Shown here one piece after another: positions 33,104 through 43,870 of a DNA stretch of 64,000 nucleotides; position 1 is the first letter of the stretch, and each line of letters opens with the position of its first letter. A program made the translations under genes and the position numbers. The DNA comes from an uncultured virus (IMG/VR IMGVR_UViG_3300023179_000084). Its lineage: Duplodnaviria > Heunggongvirae > Uroviricota > Caudoviricetes. Below the pieces are notes generated by a model. That model was not told the DNA's origin. It was given only the letters and a program-made list of their open reading frames with translations, and did no database searches. The stretch is taken from IMG/VR virus record IMGVR_UViG_3300023179_000084. The stretch is one strand, 5' to 3'.

Positions 33104-34396
33104 TTAGACCAATTGTACTTCCCAGCCTTTTTTGATATATAGTCCTAACCTATCATTATTTTGTTTTTTATCTGCCCATCCACTAAATTGAATATCAACT
33201 ACTATTGGTTGTAATTTATTTGGATATTCGCGCATAATTCTACCAATAATTTGTTCTAATAAACTATCATTACTCATTGGTACTGCTAAGATAACGCAAC
33301 TAAGCGCATTGATAGAGATTCCTTCACTAAAGATTTGTCTACTACCAGCAATGCACATTTTTTGTTTGGATAAGATTTGCTCTTTAGCATATTGTCTTTC
33401 TTCATAGCTGGTGTCGCCAGTAACCAGCAAACAGGTTTCTCCAACATAATTTTTGACTGCCTCTAAAAATTCTACTCTATCCGCTACTATAAGAACACTA
33501 TGTCCTTTATTTATATGGTAGTTTGCTATTGCACTAATAAATTGTCTGTAATAATCGCTTTGGGTTAAATTATTAATTTTTTCAACCCAAGTTACACCAG
33601 TTTTAAGACTTATATTACTTTTTACTATATGTATAATAGGATTAAGAGTGTTTGCCTGTTTTGGACGAAATATAGTATTACCAAAATAATCACTAAAAAA
33701 TACATGTTTACCGTCTTTACGTTCCATAGTACCACTAAGAGCTAGCCTATATCTAGCATGAAAACTATCTATAGTTGTACTAAAAGTAGTTGCTGGACAG
33801 TGATGTGCTTCATCTAGTATAATTGTACCAAATTCTTTATTTATTTTATCAAGATATTTAACAATACTTTGTACATTTCCTACAACTATACAATGATCTT
33901 CTATATCATATTGACCGCTTCCTATAATTCCTGGGTCAATTCCAAATAATACTTTAATTTCATCACACCATTGATCTCTAAGAGCTGTTGTATGTGTAAT
34001 TATTAATGTTTTTTGACCCCATTTATGGGCAATGTGTAATGCCGTAAATGTTTTACCCCAACCTACTAGTGCGTTGATAAAACAAGTATCATTAGCTTCA
34101 TTATAAACAGCTAATTGATCTTCACGTAATAAATATTTAGGTTTTGGAAATGGTACTAAATTTATTACGCGTTTATCTACTATTTCATATCCTTCAGGTA
34201 TTAAATCTAATCTACCTTGTGGTATACTTAATATACCTTTTGATAATAGTTTATAATTTCTAATTGTTTCTATTAAATTAAATTTTTTACTGCCGGTATT
34301 TTTCTTAAATTTATACGTAAGATTATCTGTAATAAATTTACTTTTTAATTTTCCAGGATCATCCATATAGATTCTATTAGTTATAATAGCTTTCAT
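33104..34396 (-). CDS. D10: SF2 helicase (T5 D10-like)
   Basis: GWGKT, DEAHH, SGT, QIIGRIMR. Confidence 0.9.
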   Translation of the reverse strand: MKAIITNRIYMDDPGKLKSKFITDNLTYKFKKNTGSKKFNLIETIRNYKLLSKGILSIPQGRLDLIPEGYEIVDKRVINLVPFPKPKYLLREDQLAVYNEANDTCFINALVGWGKTFTALHIAHKWGQKTLIITHTTALRDQWCDEIKVLFGIDPGIIGSGQYDIEDHCIVVGNVQSIVKYLDKINKEFGTIILDEAHHCPATTFSTTIDSFHARYRLALSGTMERKDGKHVFFSDYFGNTIFRPKQANTLNPIIHIVKSNISLKTGVTWVEKINNLTQSDYYRQFISAIANYHINKGHSVLIVADRVEFLEAVKNYVGETCLLVTGDTSYEERQYAKEQILSKQKMCIAGSRQIFSEGISINALSCVILAVPMSNDSLLEQIIGRIMREYPNKLQPIVVDIQFSGWADKKQNNDRLGLYIKKGWEVQLV

Positions 34397-34959
34397 ACTA
34401 ATCTCCATGTTGGATGAATAGATTCAGAATAATATCCATATAACAGATTACAATTATTATATTGTAGTATACCTGCATATAGTTCGTACTCTTTAGGTAT
34501 TTGTAAACTTTTAAATCTTTCACTTAAACCTTCAACTTCTAAAACACAGCCTATTCCTGTAGCAGGTAAAATTTGACGAATTTTATATGTTTTTAGTTTA
34601 GCGCGCACAAGTTTTTTATGTTGAAATATTTGTCCTTGCGTATCAATAAACCAAGTTGTTGATTTAGCTAATTTAATAATATCTTGTAAAAAATATATTG
34701 CTGAACCAATAGGAAATAATTTAACTTTTTGTTGTTTAAGAACAAGCCTACGCAGCCCTAGTGTAGGCTTGTCAATATTTTTATCATCTACAATTCTATA
34801 GCGATTAAACAATTTAGGGTCATCTAAGTCAATATATTCACTAGTATAAAAAGTTAATTTATTGCTAGTATACGGCTCCTTTTCTCCTAATCTAAATACG
34901 GGCCAAACCAGTGCCGCTAATCCTATAGGTTTTCTCAAAACTTCCAAAGCTATAGTCAT
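34393..34959 (-). CDS. Conserved T5-like hypothetical protein
   Basis: Synteny between pol and D10. Confidence 0.6.
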   Translation of the reverse strand: MTIALEVLRKPIGLAALVWPVFRLGEKEPYTSNKLTFYTSEYIDLDDPKLFNRYRIVDDKNIDKPTLGLRRLVLKQQKVKLFPIGSAIYFLQDIIKLAKSTTWFIDTQGQIFQHKKLVRAKLKTYKIRQILPATGIGCVLEVEGLSERFKSLQIPKEYELYAGILQYNNCNLLYGYYSESIHPTWRLV

Positions 34960-37171
34960 CTCCTATATCCTGATCAACGCCAATAGGAAATCCACTAATA
35001 TTACAACCCCAGTCATATTGTGTACATTCGCGTAGTATACTACAGTATTCATCTACGTCATTGTCCTTAACAAGTGCCACGATTGAGTCATGGACAAGCA
35101 TGAAGATTCTTGCGTCAAGTTTACGTTCTCTAACTGTTCTAGCAGTTTTAATAGCTCCGAGTAAGTTAACGTCACTTGCAAGGGATTGGATTTCCGAATT
35201 AATTCCACTACGTACTTCGTGGGCTGCGATTCCTCGGTCACTGCTGAATACATTAGGTAAGCGTCTTTTTCTGCCAAAAAAGCTGTAAGTATATCCATTT
35301 TGTTCAATAAATTGTTTTCTACTATCAAGCCATTGCTTTAGTTTTTTAAATGTTGTAAAATACTGCTTAATATCTTCACGGGCACGTTCTACTGGATAGT
35401 GTTGGCCTGTTGCTTTAGTAACTGTTACACTAACTTTATCTGCTCCTGATCCATATAAAATACCAAAACTAATAGCCTTAGCACTTTGACGCATATCTGG
35501 ATATAGCTTTTTTACCTGATCAACTTCACAGGGTAGGTCAAATACCATTTTAGCTATTGAACTATGAAAGTCGCCACCATCAGTAAATACTTTTTGTAAG
35601 TTTTTATCCCCACTTAATACAGCAGCATAATACATCTCAGCAGTTCTTAAATCTTGCGAAACAATCTTATAGCCTTCTGAAGCTTTAATACAACCTTTGA
35701 TAATAGGATCATCTCTAGGAATTTGCTGTGCATTAAACTTTCCACTACTAGATAAACGACCACTAGTGGTAAAGATAAGATTAAAATTAGTACGTATCCT
35801 ATCATCACGATCCAACTCTGGAAGAATTTTATGTATATAAGTATTTTGGATTTTTGATAATTTTCTAACCTGTAATATTGCTTTAGGAAGTTCATGTTCT
35901 TCGCTTAATTGTTCTAAGACTTCTGCGTCTGTTGAAATAGCGCCTGTAGCCGTTTTCTTTCCAGTTGGTGTTAATCCTAAATAGTCAAATAAGATTGTTC
36001 TTAGCTGCATAACACTATTAGGATTAAAAATTTTGCTTTCATTCTTTTCAAAAAGCTTTACTTCATCAAATGTATAAATATATTCTTTAGCTTTTTGAAT
36101 TTCTTCGCTAAGATATTTATCGGCTAATTGCATACGTTCACGACTAATAGGAATACCTATTTCTTCCATATCCATTAAGAATAGTGTTCCTGGAATTAAT
36201 ATTTCTGTATATACATAATGTAATTTATCATTTTTTTGAATAATCGGCCAAAATTTATTATAAAGTTCTAGTGTAACTGCTGTGTCTATTGCGGCATATT
36301 CACTGATAATATCAAATGGTATAAGATCATAAGTAAAATTTTCATTGAGTATACCATGCTGACGACAATACTCACGCTTAAATTCATCTAGTTTAGAGTC
36401 ATAATCCCCATAGTCCGTATATTTTAATGCTAGTTCTTTTAAGCCATGACCATCTGTTTCATCTAGTACGTAGTGCATAACCATGGTATCATGTACACGA
36501 TTACGATCAAATTCTATGTCTAAATGAAATTTTAGCATTTTATAATCAAACTTCATGTTATGAAAAACTACAGTAAATTGTTTGCAAATTTGCTGTAATA
36601 GTTCTGCATTAGTTTCACTTAAGCAATCACAACTAATATATCTGCCATGATTAGGTTTATAACTAATACTAATACCAAGTACATATCCATCTCTGGGATA
36701 TAATCCTGTAGTTTCTGTATCTATGGCAACTACGCCCTGAGCATTTTCTAAAACTTCTTGTAAAAATTCCTGTGCTTCTTGTTCACTATTGATGCCGCAA
36801 AAATTACCAGTTTTATTTACTTTACTTTCTCCACTAATATATTTATGGATTTTGTCTATACTACGCTCAAAATCTGGTTTACCTTCAGGTTTAAATGCTA
36901 ACATTGCTGGGTTACTAATTGGTATAAATTTATTGTTTATTAGTTGACCAGCATAATTAGTTACACTGGTAACTTTAGCATATTCTTTAGCCGCCTCAGC
37001 ACCCACCAAGATTACTAAATCATAGAGATCAGTATCAATATCTAAATCTACATCTTTTTTTAGTAATTTAGTAACTGGTTGCGAACTCATATGAAATAAT
37101 TCAAATTCAAACTCAAAATAATTTTCATATTTTGTGCGACTAGGTGCTTTATCAATTACAGCAATTTTCAT
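34892..37171 (-). CDS. polA: Family A DNA polymerase with 3'-5' exonuclease
   Basis: DTETTG, HNMKFD, SGRLSS, RQSAKAISFGILYG, VHDS. Confidence 0.95.
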   Translation of the reverse strand: MKIAVIDKAPSRTKYENYFEFEFELFHMSSQPVTKLLKKDVDLDIDTDLYDLVILVGAEAAKEYAKVTSVTNYAGQLINNKFIPISNPAMLAFKPEGKPDFERSIDKIHKYISGESKVNKTGNFCGINSEQEAQEFLQEVLENAQGVVAIDTETTGLYPRDGYVLGISISYKPNHGRYISCDCLSETNAELLQQICKQFTVVFHNMKFDYKMLKFHLDIEFDRNRVHDTMVMHYVLDETDGHGLKELALKYTDYGDYDSKLDEFKREYCRQHGILNENFTYDLIPFDIISEYAAIDTAVTLELYNKFWPIIQKNDKLHYVYTEILIPGTLFLMDMEEIGIPISRERMQLADKYLSEEIQKAKEYIYTFDEVKLFEKNESKIFNPNSVMQLRTILFDYLGLTPTGKKTATGAISTDAEVLEQLSEEHELPKAILQVRKLSKIQNTYIHKILPELDRDDRIRTNFNLIFTTSGRLSSSGKFNAQQIPRDDPIIKGCIKASEGYKIVSQDLRTAEMYYAAVLSGDKNLQKVFTDGGDFHSSIAKMVFDLPCEVDQVKKLYPDMRQSAKAISFGILYGSGADKVSVTVTKATGQHYPVERAREDIKQYFTTFKKLKQWLDSRKQFIEQNGYTYSFFGRKRRLPNVFSSDRGIAAHEVRSGINSEIQSLASDVNLLGAIKTARTVRERKLDARIFMLVHDSIVALVKDNDVDEYCSILRECTQYDWGCNISGFPIGVDQDIGDDYSFGSFEKTYRISGTGLARI

Positions 37172-38019
37172 TTTGTTATATACTCTCTTATACTATCTAC
37201 ATCTTCTTTAGAAAGTTCACCAGGATCAGTACCTTCTGGTAATTTAATTATCTCTACAATAAATTCATCTTGTTCTAGTGTTGGCTTAAGTTGTTTTGCT
37301 GCTTTTTCTCCTGCTTCATCGCCATCAAATAATATATATACATGCGTAACACCTTGTGCTTTAAATGGTAGTAATTTTTGTTTTGTTGAATTTTGTAGTG
37401 TATTTGTTCCAAAGCAGCATATTGCATTTTTAATTCCTTTATCATAAAGGTTTAACATATCAAAAATACCTTCTACTAGAATCAAACTTTTTTGTGGTTT
37501 TTCTAAAAAACTAGGATATACCGGTAGTTCCACACCGCTAGGATAATTTAAATATCTAGGATTTCCATTACTTAGAGTATGTCGTCCAACAAATACTTTT
37601 ATTTTATTTGTAATATCTTTGACTGGAAATATTATTCTATCTTGTAGTTTTTCTACTTGATTTGTATAAAATGCACCAAAATGCTTAAGTGTTTGTGCAG
37701 TGATTCCACGAAATGGTTTAGTCCAAGGAGTATAACCTGGTGGAAGTTCTTGTTCTGGATTTATTCTAAGTTCGGCAAGTTTCTTTTTAAGATTTAGTAT
37801 TTTAAGTGGTACTGGATTAGTAAAAATACCAAAATATTTAAAAATATTAGTTTTAAAACCACAGCTAAAACAGTGAGCAATACCAGTAACACGATCAATT
37901 CTAAAACTAGGATTAGTATCTTCGTGTTCTGGATTTAAACATTTTATTAAATAGTCTCTGCCGCTAACTTTAAAACTTAAATTATTTTTATTTAATATCT
38001 CTAATACTGGATCTGACAT
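37168..38019 (-). CDS. DNA primase
   Basis: CLNPEH...CFSC zinc finger; VEGIFD and FDGD TOPRIM motifs. Confidence 0.9.
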   Translation of the reverse strand: MSDPVLEILNKNNLSFKVSGRDYLIKCLNPEHEDTNPSFRIDRVTGIAHCFSCGFKTNIFKYFGIFTNPVPLKILNLKKKLAELRINPEQELPPGYTPWTKPFRGITAQTLKHFGAFYTNQVEKLQDRIIFPVKDITNKIKVFVGRHTLSNGNPRYLNYPSGVELPVYPSFLEKPQKSLILVEGIFDMLNLYDKGIKNAICCFGTNTLQNSTKQKLLPFKAQGVTHVYILFDGDEAGEKAAKQLKPTLEQDEFIVEIIKLPEGTDPGELSKEDVDSIREYITK

Positions 38020-38021
38020 AT

Positions 38022-39392
38022 TTATGCATTCCAGGGTAAGTCTGCACTAGAATCATCTTTCTTTTTTGTTGCTCTTTTAACTGTTTCTTTATGCTCTGGC
38101 TTATCTATAGATTGCGGACTAATTCTTAATGTTTCCCAATCAATCGGGCAGGTAAATCTCATTTCTTTACCACCACGAATTTTAGTAGTTTCAAACGTAA
38201 TTGCACCAGTAGTTTTATCATGTGCTTCCATTACTAGTGCAATATCAGCAGCATCAAGAATACCTTTAGCAAATCTAGCTTCGCCGCTTGCATCTATTTG
38301 ATAAGGACTTACTAAAACAATTTCATATTTTCTAGCTAAATTTTTTAATTTTTTGCTAACTTCTATTTGTGGTTTCCAGTCATACATATCACTGCCTTCA
38401 ATTACGATTTGATTTAGATAATCTACAACAACTACTTGTAGTTTTTCTCCAAATTTAGCTTTTGCTTTACCTATATGTAAATCAATGCTACTAATTGTTA
38501 AATCTCTATCATCAACTATAATCATCTGATTATCAATTTTTAATTCATGATTTCTTACTAAATTTTCTTCAAATTTAAATCTATCACGATGACGTAAAAA
38601 ATCCATTACTGTTTGATCTGAGTTTTCAAACATACTTGCACGACTTTTTACTACTTTTAATACTTCTTCATCAGTTAGCTTATTTTGTTTTAATCTTTGC
38701 AAATCAACACCAGCTAATATTGATAAATTGCGTTCCATAACTTCATAAGCAGTCATTTCTATAGAAAAATAAATACTTGAAAAACCATTTTCATACTGAT
38801 TAACAAAAATATTACTACTAGTAATAGATTTACCACTGCCTCGCTTACCACCAATAAGTATAAGTTCTTGTCTGGCAACACCTCCAAGAACAGCATCAAA
38901 AGTATTATTAAGGCCTAAATAAACACGTTCTTTTTCTAGTTCATTAGGATGCCTGAATAACATCATATCGGCCATAGTAAATACTTTTTCACTAGTGTGA
39001 GTTTTTTCTTCTATAGTCATAGCTATTGTAGCTAAACTTTCTTTTATTTCATTGCTATCATATAGTGGTAGTTTGTCAACAAATTTATCTAATAATTTTA
39101 CGGTTTCATTTTGTGTATATTGGTCTATTAATGCATCTAGCGCTATTTCAGCACTAACATCAGGAACTTCCGTTAAACGGAGAGTTGCTAACGCTTTAGA
39201 CGCTGGTCCCTCCCTTAACGTAAGTGTTAAATCATCAAATGAAGGTACACTATTGTACTTTTCGTAATGTTTATTGATTACACTATAAAGAGAGCTATAC
39301 GCAGGGTCTAAAAATACTAGCTTTAGTCTTGCCCATAATTCAAGATTTTGCTCAGCTAGTAGTTTATGTAAGACTACTGCACTTGTATCCAA
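38022..39392 (-). CDS. Replicative DnaB-like helicase
   Basis: GKRGSGKS, SIEM, VVDY. Confidence 0.85.
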   Translation of the reverse strand: MDTSAVVLHKLLAEQNLELWARLKLVFLDPAYSSLYSVINKHYEKYNSVPSFDDLTLTLREGPASKALATLRLTEVPDVSAEIALDALIDQYTQNETVKLLDKFVDKLPLYDSNEIKESLATIAMTIEEKTHTSEKVFTMADMMLFRHPNELEKERVYLGLNNTFDAVLGGVARQELILIGGKRGSGKSITSSNIFVNQYENGFSSIYFSIEMTAYEVMERNLSILAGVDLQRLKQNKLTDEEVLKVVKSRASMFENSDQTVMDFLRHRDRFKFEENLVRNHELKIDNQMIIVDDRDLTISSIDLHIGKAKAKFGEKLQVVVVDYLNQIVIEGSDMYDWKPQIEVSKKLKNLARKYEIVLVSPYQIDASGEARFAKGILDAADIALVMEAHDKTTGAITFETTKIRGGKEMRFTCPIDWETLRISPQSIDKPEHKETVKRATKKKDDSSADLPWNA

Positions 39393-39394
39393 CT

Positions 39395-39694
39395 TTAGCC
39401 TACTTTCGCTTCATTATCAATTATTACTTGATCTATAATTTCTGTTACTTTATATAATATTTCTTGTCGTAGTCGTTTAATATCTTGTTGATATTTAGAA
39501 TCTTTTTCAAATAATAGGCTAAGCTGTTCATGGGTTATTAATTGTTGCAAACCAAAATAAATATAATCATATGCTAGTGTAGACTCTGGCATTATTTCTA
39601 TTTTAGCACATTTACCATAATTATGAATAGCTTGTTTTACAATTTCTTCTACAGTAAAACTTTGATTATCATGATAAGTAATTGTAACCTTCAT
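39395..39694 (-). CDS. Hypothetical protein
   Basis: ORF. Confidence 0.55.
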   Translation of the reverse strand: MKVTITYHDNQSFTVEEIVKQAIHNYGKCAKIEIMPESTLAYDYIYFGLQQLITHEQLSLLFEKDSKYQQDIKRLRQEILYKVTEIIDQVIIDNEAKVG

Positions 39695-39777
39695 TTATAT
39701 ACCTAAAAAGTAGAAAAGGCTGGGAGCAAAATAGAACTCCCAGCCCATCAATTATATTGCTACATTAGTATAGTAAA

Positions 39778-40527
39778 CTAGGCTGCTTTAGCCTCTGCTT
39801 TAGCACGCTTAGCAGCACCATCATAATCTGCAACTTTAATTCCACGACGTGTTAAAAGCGTTTTAAGACCGCGTTCAGTTTTATCAATAGCAGCTGCAAT
39901 TTCTGCAACCGTCATACTATGAATTTTATTTCCTAGTGCATTAACAGGATCAACTGTTTCTTTAGCGTAACTATTTTTCTGAGTAGGAATTTTAGCAATT
40001 TGACCCTTACGAGTTAAGCTAAGCGCTTTACCACGAACGCTTGCAACTGTTTTATTGAGTGCGGCAGCAATATCTTCGATATATGCACCACGTTCTGCCA
40101 TTTGAATAAACTTAGCTTCTTCACTATCAGTGTAAGTACGAGCTACTTCTACTTTTTCAGCAGGTTTAACACTACCTGTAAGTTCTAGTGCAAGCAATTT
40201 GCCTTGAATTTGTTTTGCTGTAAATTTACCTTCCATAAATTGCTCAGCAATTTGCTTGTAAGTAAATTTGCTATTATTACTAATAACAAATTCTGCAAGT
40301 TCAGCGCCTTCATCTTCAGTAAATGCACTTACTTTTTCTTTGGCCATGCTAGAAACTTCTACTTCAAGTTGACGAAGTTTACTTGCAACACTACGAGCTG
40401 TAAATCCTTCACCAAGTTGATCTACAACATATTCAACAGTGTTCACACTTACAGGACGCTGTGTTCCAATAAGTTTCATAAGTTTATCAACTGTAGCGTC
40501 AGACCATTTTTTTGTTTTTTCAGTCAT
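39778..40527 (-). CDS. D5: T5 D5-like DNA-binding protein
   Basis: RSVASKLR repeats; synteny next to ligase B. Confidence 0.8.
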   Translation of the reverse strand: MTEKTKKWSDATVDKLMKLIGTQRPVSVNTVEYVVDQLGEGFTARSVASKLRQLEVEVSSMAKEKVSAFTEDEGAELAEFVISNNSKFTYKQIAEQFMEGKFTAKQIQGKLLALELTGSVKPAEKVEVARTYTDSEEAKFIQMAERGAYIEDIAAALNKTVASVRGKALSLTRKGQIAKIPTQKNSYAKETVDPVNALGNKIHSMTVAEIAAAIDKTERGLKTLLTRRGIKVADYDGAAKRAKAEAKAA

Positions 40528-41284
40528 TTTTTAGTTCTCTTAAAAAGTTATTTAAGTTTGTAATAATTTTAATGCCGAGTTCGTCGGCCTTTTTACGTTT
40601 TGTACTACTATTACCTTCCTCATCAACTAAATAGTCCGTAGTTTTTGTTACAGATTCTGTTATATTAAATCCATTATTAACTAATATTTTATATGCTTCG
40701 GCTTTTGTTTTAAAGGACGATAATTTACCTGTAATACACACATTTTTATTATTAGTGTTTACTATAGGTATTTCACTTTGAAATGAAAAAGGTAAAAATT
40801 CTTTCATTTCTGGAAATTCTGTCTCTAACCAATTTAATAGATTTTGTGTTACTTTATCACCTAATCCAGCTTTTTTACAGGTTTCTATATTGATTTCACT
40901 AATATGATTAACTACACTACAAATTTTTATACTTGCTGTATTTCCTACTAGTGGTATACTCATACTAGCTAATACTTGTTGTAAGTTAGCACTACGACTA
41001 CGATCTAATTCACTAATTAATTTTTCAGCAATTTTTTGACTACCTAATTGTTTAGCTAACTGATCTACATCTAGATAATACAGTTCTGTAATATCAGCTA
41101 ATTCTAGCTTTTCAATAGTTTTAGTGCCCATACCCTTAATGCCCATAGTTTTACAAAAATGTTCAACTCTTTTTAGTAACTGAGCATCACAAGCCTGGTT
41201 GCGGCAAAACAATTGAGAATTTATTAATTCCAGAGGATAATTGCAACAAGGACAATGTGTTGGTATTTGTATCTTCATATTCAT
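40520..41284 (-). CDS. NAD-dependent DNA ligase subunit B (Zn finger, HhH, BRCT)
   Basis: CPCC...CRNQAC, HhH, VCITGKL BRCT. Confidence 0.85.
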   Translation of the reverse strand: MNMKIQIPTHCPCCNYPLELINSQLFCRNQACDAQLLKRVEHFCKTMGIKGMGTKTIEKLELADITELYYLDVDQLAKQLGSQKIAEKLISELDRSRSANLQQVLASMSIPLVGNTASIKICSVVNHISEINIETCKKAGLGDKVTQNLLNWLETEFPEMKEFLPFSFQSEIPIVNTNNKNVCITGKLSSFKTKAEAYKILVNNGFNITESVTKTTDYLVDEEGNSSTKRKKADELGIKIITNLNNFLRELKND

Positions 41285-41302
41285 TTATCAACTTAAGATA
41301 TT

Positions 41303-41331
41303 ATTATACAGTAATTAGTTTTCTGTTACAA
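41303..41331 (-). promoter_or_regulatory. sigma70-type promoter
   Basis: TTGTAA-17-TATAAT. Confidence 0.65.
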
Positions 41332-41363
41332 GCTAAAATTTTATCTACCCCTAAGCTGTAAAA

Positions 41364-42317
41364 TTATGCATCAACCTTATGCAGTATGCATGGTATGATT
41401 TCGCCACTACGTGCTACAGCTACAGTATCGCCAATCTTGAGATCTAGGGCTTCGATAAATCCAGGATTGTTGAGTGTGGCTCGGCTAACCAGTGCATCGC
41501 CAATATATACTGGTTCTAGTAAAGCTGTTGGAGTTACCTTGCCAGTTTTACCAACATTCCACTCTACTCCAATAAGTTTGGTTTCTACATGTTTAGCGCG
41601 CTCTTTAACTGCATAAGCGCCACGAGGATGTTTACTAGTATAACCCAATTGTTCAAATCTATTATTATCTACTACACGTACTACTAGTCCATCTGTAGGA
41701 TAGATTTTGTCTAAGTCTGGTTCTAAAACAGTATTAAACCCATTACTTTTTAGCCAAAGCATATCATCAACCCAACTTTTATTTACCAGTGGACTTATTT
41801 GATAAGCAAAAAACTGTATGGCACGAGTCCGAAATTCTGCTAAATCTTTTAAGTTTAGTGAGCCTGCAGCATAGTTACGGGCATTTTCAATATGTTTTGG
41901 TGCGGCGATTTCACCAGTAATTTGTAGTTTATGATTGCTGTTTATTTTTAGTGGAACTAAGTTACCGAACTCATACATTTTGTCTGTGATTAGTTGACCC
42001 TCAACTCCATCACCACGAGTAATAGCCATAGCTAAATTACCGTGTAGATATAGTAAACTAATGGCAGCCCCATCTAATTTAATACTAGTAGTAACTTGTT
42101 CATCTTTAAGTGGATTTTCACGGCCTTCATCAGAATACCACTTCTGCAAACTATACATTTGATAGGCGTGTTTGGCCTTGCGGCCATGTATTTGTGCACC
42201 TACTTTGTTATAGCCACAACTATCTGCTAATATATCAAATACTAAGTCATTAATAATTGGATTGCCTTGATAATAGGCTTTACTTGCTTCGTCTAGGTAT
42301 TTGTGTAATTTATTCAT
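41364..42317 (-). CDS. ligA: NAD-dependent DNA ligase subunit A (adenylation plus OB domains)
   Basis: KLDG, TRGDG, RNYAAGSL, DGLV, SGEIIP. Confidence 0.9.
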   Translation of the reverse strand: MNKLHKYLDEASKAYYQGNPIINDLVFDILADSCGYNKVGAQIHGRKAKHAYQMYSLQKWYSDEGRENPLKDEQVTTSIKLDGAAISLLYLHGNLAMAITRGDGVEGQLITDKMYEFGNLVPLKINSNHKLQITGEIAAPKHIENARNYAAGSLNLKDLAEFRTRAIQFFAYQISPLVNKSWVDDMLWLKSNGFNTVLEPDLDKIYPTDGLVVRVVDNNRFEQLGYTSKHPRGAYAVKERAKHVETKLIGVEWNVGKTGKVTPTALLEPVYIGDALVSRATLNNPGFIEALDLKIGDTVAVARSGEIIPCILHKVDA

Positions 42318-42324
42318 AAATTAT

Positions 42325-42353
42325 ATTATAACAGTTTATAACATATAGTTCAA
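42325..42353 (-). promoter_or_regulatory. sigma70-type promoter
   Basis: TTGAAC-17-TATAAT. Confidence 0.7.
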
Positions 42354-42354
42354 G

Positions 42355-42636
42355 TTATTTTTTTATTATCTTATCGTGAAAAAATTTAATTACTTGTTCG
42401 CCCTCTGCACTAGCGCAGATGTCTAATAATCCGTATAGTAGTTGATGTATATTTTCTATACTAGCAGGTATACTAACTCCTTCGCGACTAGGAAGCCATT
42501 CACCTTCATAGCTTAAAAAATATTTTCGTAATTGTATATAAGTAATATCTCTAAAATCATTAACTACTAGTTTAACCTGAAAGCCTTTTTCTAAATTTTC
42601 TTCTATTAGTCTTTCATATAATATATTACTGTCCAT
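42355..42636 (-). CDS. PC4-like ssDNA-binding protein
   Basis: FRDITYIQLRKYF...EWLPSREGVSI. Confidence 0.8.
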   Translation of the reverse strand: MDSNILYERLIEENLEKGFQVKLVVNDFRDITYIQLRKYFLSYEGEWLPSREGVSIPASIENIHQLLYGLLDICASAEGEQVIKFFHDKIIKK

Positions 42637-43870
42637 ACATATAGTGTTTTATATTTTTTATTTTTGATAAGTCATTGTCAATCATAGTTTCTAATATTTC
42701 TTGATTTATCAAATCAGGATGAATCCACCAATCTTCAAAACTACATTTACCTTCTGGAGAAATATCATTAACAATTAATAAATAGCCCTTACTAGTTAAA
42801 AATTCTCTAGATTTTTTTCTATATTGTCTAGTAGCATCTATATAATGATCGTGCTCATAAGTTATTACAGCAAACTTATATTTATCAAAAGGTATTTTAG
42901 TCATTATTTTATAAGTTGTTTCAGGAGGCTCACAATCTAATTGTAAATAATCTATATTATTAGTTGAAGTAATACTAGATAATAGTTCTTCATAATCTAT
43001 TTCTAGTGCATTTTTACATAAAACTTCATTTTTTCTAGAACTGTGTTTATCACACAATTCTTTTTGAATTTCTATGCCCTTGCCTGTCCAATCAAATACA
43101 CTTTCTAGTAGATATGTATTATTTAAATGATAGGGATCTCCACTACCTATTTCTAAATAAGTTCCATTATATTTACCATCTAACATGCTAAGTACAAATA
43201 TATCTTGTAAAACTTGAGAATAATTTTTATCTATAATATTCCAATTTTTAAAATTAAATCTAAGATTGTTTTCGTTTTTAATATAAGGTACATTACATAC
43301 ACCCATAGGACCAATACCTAAACTAGTAGCATTTTTAATAACTAAATCTCTATGAACTTGATCTAATTTATCAAAATATTCGTGTATTAGTACCTGTAGC
43401 AAATTTCTAGATTCTTGTCCTCTGCCTATATGCCAAGCAGCTATAGCTTTTTGAAAAATAAATAAATATTTGCCAGTAAAATTCAATTTTTTACTATAAT
43501 TATCTAATATAAATTCTTTTTGTAGCCCTAAATTAGCAAAGGTATATGCGTCATACCAATCTTTATATAATTCATAAGATTGACTTATACAGTAGTATGC
43601 CTCTGGTCTTTCTGGTAAAATATTTACTGCATGTTTATAAAGTGTAGTAACACTATGTTTTCTATTACCTGGAATTTCCAAACACTTTGCACATTTTATT
43701 AAACAATAATATTGTAGATTTTTATCGTCTGTAGATTCAGCAGTTTTTAGAAAAAATGAAAGAGCAGCTGCATACTGTTGTTGTAAAAAATATTCTTCTG
43801 CTAATAAAAGTTTATTGTTCGTACTAGGATTATAAATATAACTGTATAAAAAATCTCTTATTCTAGACAT
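42626..43870 (-). CDS. TPR-repeat protein fused to an FkbM-like methyltransferase
   Basis: PERPEAYY TPR; YSQVLQD, YLEIGSGDP, IDYLQLD, EHD. Confidence 0.7.
   Translation of the reverse strand: MSRIRDFLYSYIYNPSTNNKLLLAEEYFLQQQYAAALSFFLKTAESTDDKNLQYYCLIKCAKCLEIPGNRKHSVTTLYKHAVNILPERPEAYYCISQSYELYKDWYDAYTFANLGLQKEFILDNYSKKLNFTGKYLFIFQKAIAAWHIGRGQESRNLLQVLIHEYFDKLDQVHRDLVIKNATSLGIGPMGVCNVPYIKNENNLRFNFKNWNIIDKNYSQVLQDIFVLSMLDGKYNGTYLEIGSGDPYHLNNTYLLESVFDWTGKGIEIQKELCDKHSSRKNEVLCKNALEIDYEELLSSITSTNNIDYLQLDCEPPETTYKIMTKIPFDKYKFAVITYEHDHYIDATRQYRKKSREFLTSKGYLLIVNDISPEGKCSFEDWWIHPDLINQEILETMIDNDLSKIKNIKHYMYGQ

Noticed and set aside
40520..42317. Split DNA ligase as a pseudogene or novelty
   Set aside because: A two-gene NAD-dependent ligase is a known T5-family trait.
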